A stretch of 32,000 nt of DNA from Acholeplasma laidlawii PG-8A. GTDB taxonomy: Bacteria; Bacillota_I; Bacilli_A; Acholeplasmatales; Acholeplasmataceae. Shown piece after piece: positions 1 through 11,300 of the stretch. The translations under genes and the position numbers were made by a program. Every line of letters begins with the position of its first letter. Positions within the stretch are counted from its first letter, which is position 1. The notes under the pieces are model-generated. The model ran no database searches. It saw nothing but the letters and a program-made list of their open reading frames with translations, and was not told where the DNA came from. The stretch spans positions 150,001 to 182,000 of the forward strand of contig NC_010163.1 of assembly GCF_000018785.1 (NCBI RefSeq). Reading direction: 5' to 3'.

Positions 1-509
1 ATATGTCCCATGATGGTTTCATCAGGAATTTTAGTAAATTGTGTTTTTAGTGCTTTATTAACTAAGTCTTGATAGTCCATTGGACTGTTTACAACTTCAT
101 CAAATCTTGGCCATTCATTTTCTGGTTTATCTGCATAAACCTCAATACCATTACCATCTGGATCATCTAAGTAAAGTGCTTCACTAATACCATGATCAGC
201 ACCTCCAGATACTGGTGTTTTAGTATCGATCATATGCTTAATGAATTGTCCTAAGTGTGCTCTTGAAGGAAGTAGTATTGCGAAGTGATATAGACCGGTT
301 GTAAGTTGTTTTGGCATAGATAGTGTATTATATACTAATGTTATTAAATGTGTATTGGTGTGTGTACCTAATTTATAGGTGTTATCAATTTTTTCTAGTA
401 GTTTAAAACCAAATACTTCTTGGTAAAACTTTAGTGATGTTTCAATGTTTGAAACCATTAAAGTAACATCTGTTACTTGCATAAATTGATTAGAGTGAAA
501 ATTGTTCAT
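1..509 (-). CDS. VOC (glyoxalase / bleomycin-resistance / extradiol dioxygenase fold) family protein; 3' end runs off the window
   Basis: Not in the ORF track because it is open at the window edge. Reverse-strand translation from the ATG at 509-507 gives MNNFHSNQFMQVTDVTLMVSNIETSLKFYQEVFGFKLLEKIDNTYKLGT...LYHFAILLPSRAHLGQFIKHM...GGADHGISEALYLDDPDGNGIEVYADKPENEWP. GGAGGT RBS (complement of 515-520) lies 5 nt upstream. The betaalphabetabetabeta-type motif pattern is typical of the VOC superfamily. Confidence 0.75.
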   Translation of the reverse strand, partial: MNNFHSNQFMQVTDVTLMVSNIETSLKFYQEVFGFKLLEKIDNTYKLGTHTNTHLITLVYNTLSMPKQLTTGLYHFAILLPSRAHLGQFIKHMIDTKTPVSGGADHGISEALYLDDPDGNGIEVYADKPENEWPRFDEVVNSPMDYQDLVNKALKTQFTKIPDETIMGH

Positions 510-543
510 GTGTAACCTCCTAAAGTATTTATGTTACGAGTTT

Positions 544-580
544 ATTATAACAGTGATAGTATCTTTTGGGAAGTAGGCAC
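544..580 (-). promoter_or_regulatory. Candidate sigma-A promoter for the VOC gene (extended -10)
   Basis: The minus strand reads TTCCCA - 17 nt - TATAAT with TGT immediately upstream of the -10 (TGnTATAAT). The -10 is the complement of 544-549. Confidence 0.4.
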
Positions 581-610
581 TTCTTGGTAACTATGTTACT
601 TTACAACAAA

Positions 611-652
611 ATCCCAAAATAAAATCCATTCAAGCAAATGACTTGAATGGAT
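611..652 (-). terminator. Rho-independent terminator downstream of the 663-1235 gene
   Basis: 11-bp perfect stem ATCCATTCAAG (624-634) / CTTGAATGGAT (642-652). On the minus strand it is followed by TTTATTTTGGG. Confidence 0.65.
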
Positions 653-662
653 GGGTTTATTG

Positions 663-1235
663 TTATTTCTTGTAAATGGTCATCCCAATACCGTAATCAT
701 GGATAAGTGTATCTGGTTTACATCTTATGAGTTTTAATATGACGTAGAAATCTCCTACACAGCCAGCGGTATGAATTGCTAGTATGATATATAAACCAAG
801 AGAGTGCATCGGGAATAAATAGATGGATGCGACAAGTAGTGGTGTAATGATCATAAATGGTGCAATACCTGTTAGGATATAGTGATTTTTATAAAAGTAA
901 ATACCCTCCACGGATGCAGATGCTGCCCATCCGTGGAATTTATAACTAACCTTTTCTTTAGTACCTAGCTTAAAGAATATGCCATGAATGAGTTCATGAA
1001 TGATGATTGAAAAGAATGCGAATACTAAATATAGAAGTATGTCTAATGGATTCATCGTAATGGGATCATTATAGGGATTTAAATCTAAATATATAACATA
1101 ACCTAAAATGAAAGGTAGTATCAATAAAATAGAACCAATATTTAAGAATACAAGTATTTTCTTATCTTTTAAATTGATACTTAATTTTTCTTTGTAGCCA
1201 GTTGGTAGAGTATGATAACTTCTAATACGTTTCAT
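663..1235 (-). CDS. Polytopic membrane protein with HExxH motif (DUF3267-like putative zincin peptidase)
   Basis: 190-aa ORF with about 5 hydrophobic segments. It carries the HELIHG zinc-metallopeptidase-type motif inside a membrane segment (FSIIIHELIHGIFF). The family assignment is from memory of DUF3267, not from a search. Confidence 0.6.
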   Translation of the reverse strand: MKRIRSYHTLPTGYKEKLSINLKDKKILVFLNIGSILLILPFILGYVIYLDLNPYNDPITMNPLDILLYLVFAFFSIIIHELIHGIFFKLGTKEKVSYKFHGWAASASVEGIYFYKNHYILTGIAPFMIITPLLVASIYLFPMHSLGLYIILAIHTAGCVGDFYVILKLIRCKPDTLIHDYGIGMTIYKK

Positions 1236-1384
1236 GATAGTAACCTCATTATTAAGACTTATAATCGACTACATTATAGCAGTAATTAAATAAAAAGTGT
1301 TGAAAGATTGTAAGATGAAATGTCACAAAATTTTCATATCTTTTTTAGTGTGTGTGAAAATGCGGAGAGGTGACACTTTTCTTG

Positions 1385-1413
1385 TTGACATACACCCTCA
1401 ATAATGATAGAAT
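1385..1413 (+). promoter_or_regulatory. Consensus-like sigma-A promoter of the rplK-rplA operon
   Basis: TTGACA (1385-1390) - 17 nt - TAGAAT (1408-1413), about 75 nt upstream of the rplK start. Confidence 0.65.
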
Positions 1414-1489
1414 ATTCACGCGTGTAAACACACCATAGTGGGAGAAATATTCGTACCACATACTTATTACAAAAGAAGGAGGTCGTGTT

Positions 1490-1921
1490 ATGGCAGAAAA
1501 GAAAAAAGTAGTCAAACAAGTTAAGTTGCAAATTCCTGGCGGTAAAGCAACTCCAGCTCCACCCGTTGGTCCAGCACTCGGGCAAGCTCAAGTTAACATT
1601 CCGCAATTTGTTAAACAATTTAACGATATGACTCAAAATATGGTTGGTTATATTGTACCAGTTGTAATCTCTGTTTATGATGACAGAACATTCTCAATTG
1701 AAACAAAAACTCCACCTGCTTCTGACTTACTAAAGAAAGCAGCAAATATCAAAGCTGGAGCAAGTAATCCAAAGAAAGATAAAGTTGCTACAATCACTAG
1801 AGCACAGTTAGAAGAAGTTGCAAAAATGAAAATGCCGGATTTAAACGCATACGATGTGAAAGCAGCATCTAAGATCATCGAAGGTACTGCAAAACAAATG
1901 GGCATTATAGTTTCAGAATAA
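1490..1921 (+). CDS. rplK: 50S ribosomal protein L11
   Basis: 143 aa. [21 protein letters not shown]... is the L11 signature. AAGGAGG RBS upstream. Confidence 0.97.
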   Translation: MAEKKKVVKQVKLQIPGGKATPAPPVGPALGQAQVNIPQFVKQFNDMTQNMVGYIVPVVISVYDDRTFSIETKTPPASDLLKKAANIKAGASNPKKDKVATITRAQLEEVAKMKMPDLNAYDVKAASKIIEGTAKQMGIIVSE

Positions 1922-1987
1922 TTTAGAACTTTAAAGTTTCTAAATTGTGGGAGGATATCCCGTTATACCACATTTAGGAGGAATTTC

Positions 1988-2680
1988 ATGAAAAGAGGAA
2001 AGAAATACTTAGAAGCAGTTAAGTTATACGATAAATCAGTTGCTTACACTGGTTTAGAAGCTGTAGAACTTGCTAAAAAAACATCTGTTGCTAAGTTTGA
2101 TGCAACCGTCGAAGTCGCATTCCGCTTAAACGTTGACCCTAGAAAAGCTGACCAAAACCTTAGAGGAGCTATTAGCTTACCTCATGGTACTGGTAAGACT
2201 GTTAGAGTTGTCGTTATTGCAAAACCAGAAAAAGCTAAAGAAGCTTTAGCAGCTGGTGCGCTAGAAGCAGGCGATGTAGAGTTAATCGATAAGATTGGTA
2301 AAGGTTGGTTTGATTTCGATGTTATGGTCGCAACACCAGATATGATGGCTCAATTAGGTAAATTAGGTAGAGTATTAGGTCCAAAAGGATTAATGCCAAA
2401 CCCTAAAACCGGAACTGTTACATTAGACGTTGCTAAAGCTGTAGAAGAAATTAAAGCAGGGAAAATCGAATATCGTACAGATAAAGTAGGTAACATCCAT
2501 GCACCAATCGGTAAAGTATCATTTGATTCAAATAAACTACATGAAAACATGTTAGCTATTTACAATCAATTAGTACGTATTAAACCAGCTACGGTTAAAG
2601 GTACATATATCAAAAAAATTGCTCTTTCAACAACTATGGGCCCTGGCATCATGGTTGAAGAAAACAATATCAAAAAGTAA
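1988..2680 (+). CDS. rplA: 50S ribosomal protein L1
   Basis: 230 aa. Matches L1: [24 protein letters not shown]...[19 protein letters not shown]. Confidence 0.97.
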   Translation: MKRGKKYLEAVKLYDKSVAYTGLEAVELAKKTSVAKFDATVEVAFRLNVDPRKADQNLRGAISLPHGTGKTVRVVVIAKPEKAKEALAAGALEAGDVELIDKIGKGWFDFDVMVATPDMMAQLGKLGRVLGPKGLMPNPKTGTVTLDVAKAVEEIKAGKIEYRTDKVGNIHAPIGKVSFDSNKLHENMLAIYNQLVRIKPATVKGTYIKKIALSTTMGPGIMVEENNIKK

Positions 2681-2859
2681 GACACAACAATTAATTAAAT
2701 ATTTACCAAAGACAGTAGCTGTGGTATCCACTTAATTTGCTACCGAGGAAAAATAAACCTGGAACTTATTTTCTCTCTTTATATGTCTTTATATATTAAG
2801 AGGGATTTTATTTATTAAAAATGAAATCCAAAATCAAAACCTTACAAAAGGAGGCACTC
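2681..2859 (+). promoter_or_regulatory. Probable rplJ (L10) autoregulatory leader with attenuator hairpin
   Basis: 179-nt untranslated spacer before rplJ. Nested helices GTAGC-GTGG-TAT-CCAC-...-GCTAC lie at about 2714-2745. A terminator-like hairpin TCTCTCTT / AAGAGGGA (2772-2805) is followed by TTTTATTTATT. An L10 leader acting by attenuation is known in Bacillus. Not verified with a covariance model. Confidence 0.4.
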
Positions 2860-3348
2860 ATGAAGAAACAACTTCAACGTAAAGTCGATCAAGTGGCAAC
2901 ATTAACTGATAAATTCAAAATGGCTAAAACAATTGTTATGTTTGAATATAAAGGATTATCTGTTGCAAATTTAACATCACTAAGATCTGAATTACATAAA
3001 GAAAACATCGATTTAAAAGTTTACAAAAACAATATCACAAGACGTGCCGCAATCAATGCAGGATTCGATGCTTTAGAACCATCATTAACAGGTCCTTTAG
3101 CAGTTGCAATATCATATGATGATGTTGTAGCTCCAGCTAAGATCATTAATGAATTTGCAAAGAAAAACAAAACGGTTGTGATAACATCTGGTGTTATTGA
3201 AGCTAAAGTAGCTGACCAAGTAGCAATTATGGCACTTGCAAACCTACCATCAAGAGAAACTTTATTAACACAACTAGCAGCTGGTCTATTAATGCCAGTA
3301 AAAGAAATAGCTATTGGATTAAATATGCTATTAGAAACTAAAGAATAA
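2860..3348 (+). CDS. rplJ: 50S ribosomal protein L10
   Basis: The ORF track starts at 2821, but AAAGGAGG (2847-2854) sits just upstream of the in-frame ATG at 2860 ([12 protein letters not shown]...). The upstream 13 codons overlap the leader U-tract. Sequence is L10-like: [23 protein letters not shown]. Confidence 0.93.
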   Translation: MKKQLQRKVDQVATLTDKFKMAKTIVMFEYKGLSVANLTSLRSELHKENIDLKVYKNNITRRAAINAGFDALEPSLTGPLAVAISYDDVVAPAKIINEFAKKNKTVVITSGVIEAKVADQVAIMALANLPSRETLLTQLAAGLLMPVKEIAIGLNMLLETKE

Positions 3349-3365
3349 TTAAGGAGAATACACAC

Positions 3366-3737
3366 ATGGCTAAATTAACAAAACAAGCTTTCGTAGAAGC
3401 TTTAAAAGAAATGTCTTTATTAGAAATTAAAGAACTAGTGGACGGATTAAAAGAAGAATTTGGTATTGACCCATCAGCAGTAGCAGTAGCAGCAGGTCCT
3501 GCAGCAGCAGCTGAAGTTGAAGAAAAAACTGAATTCAACGTAGTATTAAAATCATTCGGTGACAAGAAAATCGAAGTTATTAAAGTAACTCGTGAAGTAA
3601 CTGGATTAGGTCTAGTTGAAGCTAAGAAATTAGTTGAAACTGCAGACGCTGTAATTAAAGAAAACGCTAAGAAAGACGAAGCAGAAGCTCTTAAAGCTAA
3701 ATTTGAAGCAGCTGGCGCAGTCGTTGAAATTGTTTAA
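3366..3737 (+). CDS. rplL: 50S ribosomal protein L7/L12
   Basis: 123 aa. Ala-rich hinge [20 protein letters not shown] and C-terminal domain [19 protein letters not shown]. Confidence 0.97.
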   Translation: MAKLTKQAFVEALKEMSLLEIKELVDGLKEEFGIDPSAVAVAAGPAAAAEVEEKTEFNVVLKSFGDKKIEVIKVTREVTGLGLVEAKKLVETADAVIKENAKKDEAEALKAKFEAAGAVVEIV

Positions 3738-3757
3738 TTTAATTTAAATGAATGTTT

Positions 3758-3784
3758 AAAAACCTGAGATTACTCGGGTTTTTT
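3758..3784 (+). terminator. Rho-independent terminator / attenuator after rplL
   Basis: AAAAA-CCTGAG-ATTA-CTCGGG-TTTTTT. 6-bp stem with one G-U, extended by A/T pairs, followed by a T6 run. Confidence 0.6.
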
Positions 3785-3808
3785 CACTTCTTTTTTATAG
3801 GTGAATTT

Positions 3809-4402
3809 ATGTCGCATTACTTTAGAAATGATCCCAATTTAATCAGTGAAGAAACTACGTATCAAGTCGAAATGTTTGATCAAAAATTTACATTTTTATC
3901 AGATAAAGGTGTTTTTAGTAAAGACCACTTAGATACTGGTTCATACGCACTTATAGCTAATTTAGATATACCAACTCATGCAAAAAGCCTACTGGATGTG
4001 GGCTCAGGCATAGGCGTCATAGGTATTATCTTAAAAAAAGTACATCCAAACTTGGATGTTACTCAAATAGATATTAATACACGTGCACTAGAACTTAACA
4101 TTAAAAATAATAAACTCAATCAAGTTGAAACAACCGTGTATGAGTCTAATTTATTCAGTCATGTAGACAAAACATTTGATTGTATCGTATCTAACCCGCC
4201 TATACGTACGGGTAAAGCTACCATATACAACTTATATAAAGATGCCTATAAACATTTAAATACATATGGACAATTGTGGATAGTCGTTAGAAAAGATCAA
4301 GGTGCTAAATCTACAATAGATTATTTATCAACAATTTATGAAGAAGTAGAACTTGTTAAACGACATAAGGGTTTTTATGTGATACGCGCACAAAAGAGAT
4401 GA
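3809..4402 (+). CDS. Class I SAM-dependent methyltransferase (RsmC/YbxB-like small rRNA methyltransferase domain)
   Basis: Motif I LLDVGSGIGVIG and the NPPIRTGK (NPPxH/R-type) motif are present. It occupies the same position as Bacillus ybxB, between rplL and rpoB. The start was moved from 3752 to the ATG at 3809 because the first 19 codons of the ORF-track call cover the rplL terminator. Confidence 0.85.
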   Translation: MSHYFRNDPNLISEETTYQVEMFDQKFTFLSDKGVFSKDHLDTGSYALIANLDIPTHAKSLLDVGSGIGVIGIILKKVHPNLDVTQIDINTRALELNIKNNKLNQVETTVYESNLFSHVDKTFDCIVSNPPIRTGKATIYNLYKDAYKHLNTYGQLWIVVRKDQGAKSTIDYLSTIYEEVELVKRHKGFYVIRAQKR

Positions 4403-4417
4403 AAACTGCCGTTTGTA

Positions 4418-4447
4418 TTGACACTATTGTATACAATGTGGTAAAAT
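4418..4447 (+). promoter_or_regulatory. Candidate promoter for rpoBC
   Basis: TTGACA (4418-4423) - 18 nt - TGgTAAAAT (extended -10, TAAAAT at 4442-4447). The spacer contains the perfect 10-bp palindrome TTGTATACAA (4427-4436). Confidence 0.5.
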
Positions 4448-4539
4448 TATAAAATGCATAGAAATGGGTTTTTTATATATTTATATATATAAATGAAGCC
4501 TAATACAAGAATTTTAAATAACGATAGGAGTGTGGATTC

Positions 4540-7500
4540 ATGAGTTATAAAACCGTAAAATACGGAAAAAAAGCAGAACGACGTGATTATTCAAAAATGT
4601 TACATCAGGTTGAACTGCCGAATCTTATCGAGATACAGACTAAATCCTTTGAGGAGTTTGTAGAAACTGGTATTGATGAACTGTTAAAAGACATTTCACC
4701 AATTGAAGGACACAATGGTGACTTGAAACTCTACTTTGAGGAGAGTTCATTATCCGAACCAAAGTATTCTACTATTGAAACCAAGATTCGTGATCTAAAC
4801 TATTCTAGACAATTATCTGCTAGAGTTAAATTAGAAAACGCAATTACAGGTGAAGTAAGAGAATCCACCGTATTAATGACAGACCTTCCTATGATGACAC
4901 CATCAGGGACTTTTATCATTAATGGCGCTGAACGTGTAGTTGTATCCCAAATTGTACGTTCATCAGGTGTGTATTATACATCTGAATTGGATAAAAAAAT
5001 AAACCAAATTAAGTACTCTGCACAAGTGATCCCAACACGTGGTGCTTGGATAGAGTTTGAACAAGGTTCTAAAGAGATTTTATATGCTAAACTTGACCGT
5101 TCTAAGAAAGTTCCATTAACAACTTTCATTAGAGCATTAGGGTTTACTACTAAAAAAGATATTGAAGAAACTTTTGGTCGCTCAAGCTTAATTACCAACA
5201 CTTTTGAAAAAGATGAAACCAAATCACCAAATGAAGCGGTTATTGATCTTTACTCAAAATTACGTCAAGGTGAAAAAGTTCCGGCTGATGCAGCACGCGA
5301 ATTCATTAGAATGCGCTTATTTGATGCTAGACGTTATGATTTAGCTAAAGTAGGACGTTATAAATTCATTAAGAAATTAGACGTATTAGCAAGAGCAGAA
5401 GGTACATACTTAGCAAACGATATCATCTTAGATGGTGAAGTGTTAGTTGCTAAAGATACACACCTTACAAAAGAAGTTATTCAAATTTTAGCTCAAAATC
5501 GTGATGCATTTAGAAAACAATTAATTACTAAAGAAAATAACTTACAAAATGAAACTGCTGATGAAATATTAGCAACTACTTTACCAGAAGGTGGTAACAC
5601 ACTTTATGCTAAAGAAAATGTTGTGAACTTAAAAACTGGTGAAGTTTTAGTTAAGAAAAATGAAGCTATTACTGAAGAAGTTTTAACAAACTTAAGAAAA
5701 AATAGACATTCAATTGACGAAAAAGTCATCAAATACTTCTTAACAGAAGACGTTTACAAAAAAGAATCATTACGCCAAGGCGTTATTTCTGAAATTCTTG
5801 ATGTATATGTATATGATGATGCAGGCGATAAATCAAACGTTATCCGCATTATCGGTAGTGACCAAAGAGAAGATAGAATCTTCGTAGCAGTATCTGATAT
5901 TGTTGCAAGTATTTCATACTTCCTAAACCTATATGATGGTTTAGGTAATGTAGATGATATCGACCACTTAGGTAATAGACGTCTAAGATTAATTGGAGAG
6001 CTATTAAAAAACCAATTTAGAATTGGTTTAGCAAGAGCTGAAAAGAACATCAAAGATAAGATGTCAACAACAAACTTTAATGATGCAACACCTGCAAACG
6101 TTATTAACATGACGCCACTTGTAGGTGCTATTAAAACATTCTTTGGTTCGTCACAATTATCACAATTCATGGACCAAATTAACCCACTAGCAGAGTTAAC
6201 TCAAAAACGTAGAGTATCTGCCTTAGGTACCGGTGGTATTGCAAGAGATAGAGCTGGGGTTGAAGTACGTGACGTGCATAACTCTCACTACGGTAGACTC
6301 TGTCCAATTGAAACACCAGAAGGTCCTTCAATTGGTTTAATCTCCTCACTTGCTACATATGCTAAAGTCGATGAATATGGCTTTATTAAGACACCATTCT
6401 TAAAAGTTGTACAAAACGGAAATGAAACATCAGTGACTAAAGAAGTTATTTATTTAACAGCTGACGAAGAATCAGATCACGTGATTGCATCTGCTGCTAC
6501 ACCAATGGATGAACATGGTTTATTCATTGAAAGTAGAGTGATTGCAAGACGTAATGGTGAAACTGGTATTTATGATGCTAATGAAATCACTGCAATGGAC
6601 GTTAGTCCAAAACAGGTCGTATCTGTTGCGACATCTTCCATTCCATTCCTAGAACACGATGATGCTTCTCGTGCGCTTATGGGTGCGAACATGCAACGTC
6701 AAGCAGTACCTTTATTACAACCTACATCACCGATTGTTGGTACAGGGGTTGAATACCGTGCAGCTAAAGACTCTGGTGCTGTAGTCATTGCTAAAAACTC
6801 AGGTTATGTAACCTATGTCGATGGTAAGAAGATTATCATCACACCAGAACCAACTGATACAATTAAATCAGGATCTAAAACACTATATAAAGTGGGCGGA
6901 GAATTTGATTATGGTATCGCTAAGAAACTATATGAAACCAAATCAGTTCAAAATGATCAATATGATTTAGTTCAATTCTTTAGATCTAACCAAGATACTT
7001 TAATATTACAAAAACCAATCGTTATGCAAGGTGAGTACGTTGATGCAGGCGATGTCATTGCTGATGGCCCTTCAACTGAAAATGGTGAATTAGCATTAGG
7101 ACGTAACGTAACCGTGGCATTCATGACATGGGAAGGTTATAACTATGAAGATGCTGTCATCATGAGTGAAGACTTAGTGAAGCATGACGTGTATACATCC
7201 ATTCACATTGATGAATATGAAATTGAAACAAGAGATTTAAAACAAGCTAATGGTAAAGAAGAAATCACAAGAGAAATTCCTAACGTTGGTCAAGAAGCAA
7301 TTAAATTCTTAGATGAACGCGGTATTATCGTACCAGGCTCTGAAGTTAAAGAAGGCGACATCTTAGTTGGTAAAATCACACCAAAAGGTGTATTTGAACC
7401 AACTCCATCAGAAAAATTAATTCACGCTGTTATTGGTGATAAAGCTAAAGAGTATAGAGATTCATCCCTACGTGTACCTCATGGTGGCGGTGGTGTAGTT

Positions 7501-8355
7501 CAATCTGTTCAATACTTCAGTAAGAAAAATGGTGATCAATTACCAACTGGTGTAAACGAACAAATTAGAGTTTATATTGCTAAAAAGCGTAAAATCACTG
7601 AAGGTGATAAGATGGCTGGGCGTCACGGTAACAAGGGTGTTATTTCTAAAATTTTACCAAGAGAAGATATGCCATATTTAGCAGATGGAACATATGTTGA
7701 CATCATGTTAAACCCATTAGGGGTTCCATCACGTATGAACATTGGACAAATCTTAGAAATTCACTTAGGAATTTCGGCTCAAAAATTAGGTATTAAAGTT
7801 GCATCCCCAGTATTCGATGGTGTGACTAACGATGAGTTAGGCGCAATCATGGAAGAAGCAGGTATTGCACCAGATGGTAAGACTACATTATATGATGGTC
7901 GTACCGGAGAACCTTATAACAACCGTATTTCGGTTGGTGTAATGTACATGATCAAACTATCGCATATGGTGGATGATAAACTACATGCTAGAAACGTTGG
8001 ACCTTATACATTAGTTACACAACAACCAATGGGTGGTAAAGCTCAAAACGGTGGACAACGTTTCGGGGAGATGGAAGTTTGGGCACTTTATGCTTATGGT
8101 GCTGCACATACACTTCAAGAAATGTTAACGATTAAATCAGATGATATGATTGGACGTAATAAAGTGTATTATGCAATTACACACGGCCAAGAAATACCAA
8201 AAGCAAGTATTCCTGAATCCTTTAGAGTATTAACAAGAGAACTTCAAGCCCTAGGCTTATATGTAGAACTCATTGATGCAAACAAGGGAGAGAATGAGGC
8301 GATCAAGTCTTTAGTAGACAACTCGTCCAAAGGTTTTAACAAAGGGAGGTTTTAA
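4540..8355 (+). CDS. rpoB: DNA-directed RNA polymerase subunit beta
   Basis: 1271 aa. Hallmark segments: [47 protein letters not shown]. Confidence 0.99.
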   Translation: MSYKTVKYGKKAERRDYSKMLHQVELPNLIEIQTKSFEEFVETGIDELLKDISPIEGHNGDLKLYFEESSLSEPKYSTIETKIRDLNYSRQLSARVKLENAITGEVRESTVLMTDLPMMTPSGTFIINGAERVVVSQIVRSSGVYYTSELDKKINQIKYSAQVIPTRGAWIEFEQGSKEILYAKLDRSKKVPLTTFIRALGFTTKKDIEETFGRSSLITNTFEKDETKSPNEAVIDLYSKLRQGEKVPADAAREFIRMRLFDARRYDLAKVGRYKFIKKLDVLARAEGTYLANDIILDGEVLVAKDTHLTKEVIQILAQNRDAFRKQLITKENNLQNETADEILATTLPEGGNTLYAKENVVNLKTGEVLVKKNEAITEEVLTNLRKNRHSIDEKVIKYFLTEDVYKKESLRQGVISEILDVYVYDDAGDKSNVIRIIGSDQREDRIFVAVSDIVASISYFLNLYDGLGNVDDIDHLGNRRLRLIGELLKNQFRIGLARAEKNIKDKMSTTNFNDATPANVINMTPLVGAIKTFFGSSQLSQFMDQINPLAELTQKRRVSALGTGGIARDRAGVEVRDVHNSHYGRLCPIETPEGPSIGLISSLATYAKVDEYGFIKTPFLKVVQNGNETSVTKEVIYLTADEESDHVIASAATPMDEHGLFIESRVIARRNGETGIYDANEITAMDVSPKQVVSVATSSIPFLEHDDASRALMGANMQRQAVPLLQPTSPIVGTGVEYRAAKDSGAVVIAKNSGYVTYVDGKKIIITPEPTDTIKSGSKTLYKVGGEFDYGIAKKLYETKSVQNDQYDLVQFFRSNQDTLILQKPIVMQGEYVDAGDVIADGPSTENGELALGRNVTVAFMTWEGYNYEDAVIMSEDLVKHDVYTSIHIDEYEIETRDLKQANGKEEITREIPNVGQEAIKFLDERGIIVPGSEVKEGDILVGKITPKGVFEPTPSEKLIHAVIGDKAKEYRDSSLRVPHGGGGVVQSVQYFSKKNGDQLPTGVNEQIRVYIAKKRKITEGDKMAGRHGNKGVISKILPREDMPYLADGTYVDIMLNPLGVPSRMNIGQILEIHLGISAQKLGIKVASPVFDGVTNDELGAIMEEAGIAPDGKTTLYDGRTGEPYNNRISVGVMYMIKLSHMVDDKLHARNVGPYTLVTQQPMGGKAQNGGQRFGEMEVWALYAYGAAHTLQEMLTIKSDDMIGRNKVYYAITHGQEIPKASIPESFRVLTRELQALGLYVELIDANKGENEAIKSLVDNSSKGFNKGRF

Positions 8356-8357
8356 TC

Positions 8358-11300
8358 ATGGCTAAGAACGAAGTATTATCCTTACCTGTAGATTCTTTAA
8401 AATTAAGTCAAACTGCATTAGATAGATTAAAACTATCTGGTATTAGTCGTTTAGAAGATTTCAATACATTTAACTTAAAAGAACTTCAAATGTTATTGAG
8501 TGATTCTTTTAATGAAGTCCTTCCAACATTAATTTATTACAAATTACCAAGAGATGTAAGAGATTTATCATTATCAGATGAAGTTGTTTCAGTACTTGAA
8601 ACAGCAGGTATTAAAGATTTAGAAGCATTAACAAAATATGACAAATCTACACTTTATCATGTGTTTAAAGACGATGAGTTCTTATTAAAAGAAATCAACG
8701 ATTTATTTGAACTATATCACGAAGAAAAATTATCTACTCTTAATGTAGCAACAGAAGTTTTTGAAGAAGTAGCACTTCCTCAAGAGGTATCTGTTGAAGA
8801 CAGAGTAAATAAGATCATTCAACCAATTCGTAAAACATATGGTTCTAAAGCATTTACGCACTTTAAAGTGAGACTTGCAAGTCCAGATGAAATTAGAAAC
8901 TGGTCTTATGGTGAAGTTATTAACCATGAAACTATTAACTATAGAACATCAAAACCTGAACCAGGTGGACTATTTGATGAAAGAATTTTTGGACCTACAA
9001 GAGATTACCAATGTGCTTGTGGTAAGAAACAAACTGTAAACAAAGGCCAAATTTGTCCAAAATGTGGTATTGAAATTACAGAGTCTAAAGTACGTCGTGA
9101 ACGTATGGGACATATTAACTTAGAAGCACCTGTTGTGCATACATGGTACTTAAAGAACTCTCCTTCAAGATTAGCTATCCTATTAGGCATTAAAGCTAAA
9201 CAATTAGAAGAAGTTGTTTACCATGCAAGTTATATTGTGACTGACCCAGGTCAAAACACACCACTAGCTAAAAAACAAATCTTATCCGAACAAGACTATT
9301 CTTTACTTGTTGAAGAATATGGTTCAAGATTTACAGCGCTTACTGGTGCTGAAGCGGTTAAAAAATTACTTCAAGATCTAGATTTAGATAAAGAAGTTAA
9401 AAATTTAAGAAAACGTCTTAAAACAAGTTCTAAACAAAAACGTGATCGTATTATTAAACGTTTAGATGTTGTTGAAGCATTTAACCAATCAGACAATAAA
9501 CCTGAGTGGATGGTTATGGATGTTATTCCAGTCATTCCACCAGATTTACGTCCAATGGTTCCACTAGATGGTGGTAGATTTGCTACAACTGACCTTAACG
9601 ACTTATATAGAAGAATCTTAAACAGAAACAACCGTTTAAAGAAACAAAAAGAACAAATGGCGCCTCGTTTAATTACTAAGAACGAAAAGCGTATGTTACA
9701 AGAAGCAGTAGATGCATTATTCGATAACGCGAAACGCGGTAAGAAGGCTGCTGTTGAACGTAACCGCCACTTAAAATCATTATCTGATTTACTACGTGGT
9801 AAACAAGGTCGTTTCCGTCAAAACTTATTAGGAAAACGTGTGGACTACTCTGGACGTTCAGTTATTATTGTTGGTCCAGACTTAGAGATGTACCAATGTG
9901 GTATTCCTCGTGAAATGGCAATTACATTATTTAAACCATTTATCTTACGTGAATTACAACTAACACATGGTGCAGAAAAGAAAAATGCAAACGCTAAATA
10001 CGAAAGACGCGATGACGACACATGGCGTGCACTTGAAAAAGTTGTACGTGAGCACCCAGTATTACTAAACCGTGCGCCAACGCTACATAGACTTGGTATT
10101 CAAGCATTCGAAGTGAAATTAATTGATGGTAAAGCGATTCGTCTACACCCACTTGTTACACCTGCGTTTAACGCGGACTTTGACGGGGACCAAATGGCGG
10201 TTCACTTACCACTATCACCAGAAGCTCAAGCAGAAGCAAGATTATTAATGCTTGCATCTAACAACATCTTAAACCCTAGAGATGGTAAACCAGTTGTTAC
10301 ACCATCTCAAGATATGGTTTTAGGTAACTATTACCTAACTATTGAAGAATCTAAAGATCGTAATTTTGGTGATGATCTTGAAAGAACTAAGAAACACCAA
10401 GAAAAGCATCGCCATGAAGGTAAGTTCTTCTCATCTATTGATGAAGTTAAGATTGCTTATGAGAATAAAGATATTTCTTTACATACAAGAATTATCATTA
10501 AACCAGAATCAGTTAAAGACACATTTACAGTAGAACAAAAGAACATGTATTTAGTGACAACATTAGGTAAAATCATCTTTAACGAAATCTTACCTGAAAC
10601 ATTCCCTTATGTAAATGAACCTACAATGTCTAACTTAAGTGAAAAGACACCAGACATTTACTTTATTAAAAAGGGTGTGAATCCAAAGGATGCACTAAAG
10701 CATATTCCTACACCTGAGCCATTTAAGAAGAGATTCTTATCTATGGTTATTGCTCAAGTATTTAAATTATTCCACATTTCTGAAACATCAAGAATGTTAG
10801 ATAAATTAAAAGACTTAGGATTTAAATATTCAACAGTTGCTGGTATTACAATTTCTTATGCAGACATCAACGTATACTCCAAGAAAAAAGAAATGGTTGA
10901 AGCAACCGAAGAAGAAATTAATGAAATTGAAGAATGGTTCGAAGATGGATTACTAACAGATTCAGAACGTCGTAAACTTGTTATTGATAAATGGACAAAT
11001 GTTAAAAACGAAATTCAATCTGGTATTATGAAAGAATTCGATAAAGATAACAACATCTTTATGATGAGTGACTCTGGTGCCCGCGGTAACGTATCTAACT
11101 TTACACAGTTAGTCGGTATGAGAGGACTTATGAGTAACCCTAAAGGGGAAACGATTGAAGTTCCAGTTCAATCATCATTTAGAGAAGGTCTAACCGTATC
11201 TGAATTCTTTATCTCCACCCACGGTGCGAGAAAAGGTTCTACCGATACCGCGCTTAAGACCGCAGAATCTGGTTACTTAACACGTCGTTTAGTCGACGTA

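Noticed and set aside
1334-3565. ORF-track minus-strand ORFs 1334-1636, 1675-1905, 2350-2550, 3021-3365 and 3338-3565.
   Set aside because: All lie antisense to, or overlap, strongly supported ribosomal protein genes or the rplK promoter. They have low-complexity translations, no RBS and no recognisable motifs. They are typical shadow ORFs.
4470-4500. TA-rich tract (TATATATTTATATATATAAAT) upstream of rpoB as a microsatellite or phase-variation element.
   Set aside because: It is short, imperfect and typical of AT-rich intergenic DNA. It lies between the putative promoter and the RBS with no obvious unit repeat number to vary.
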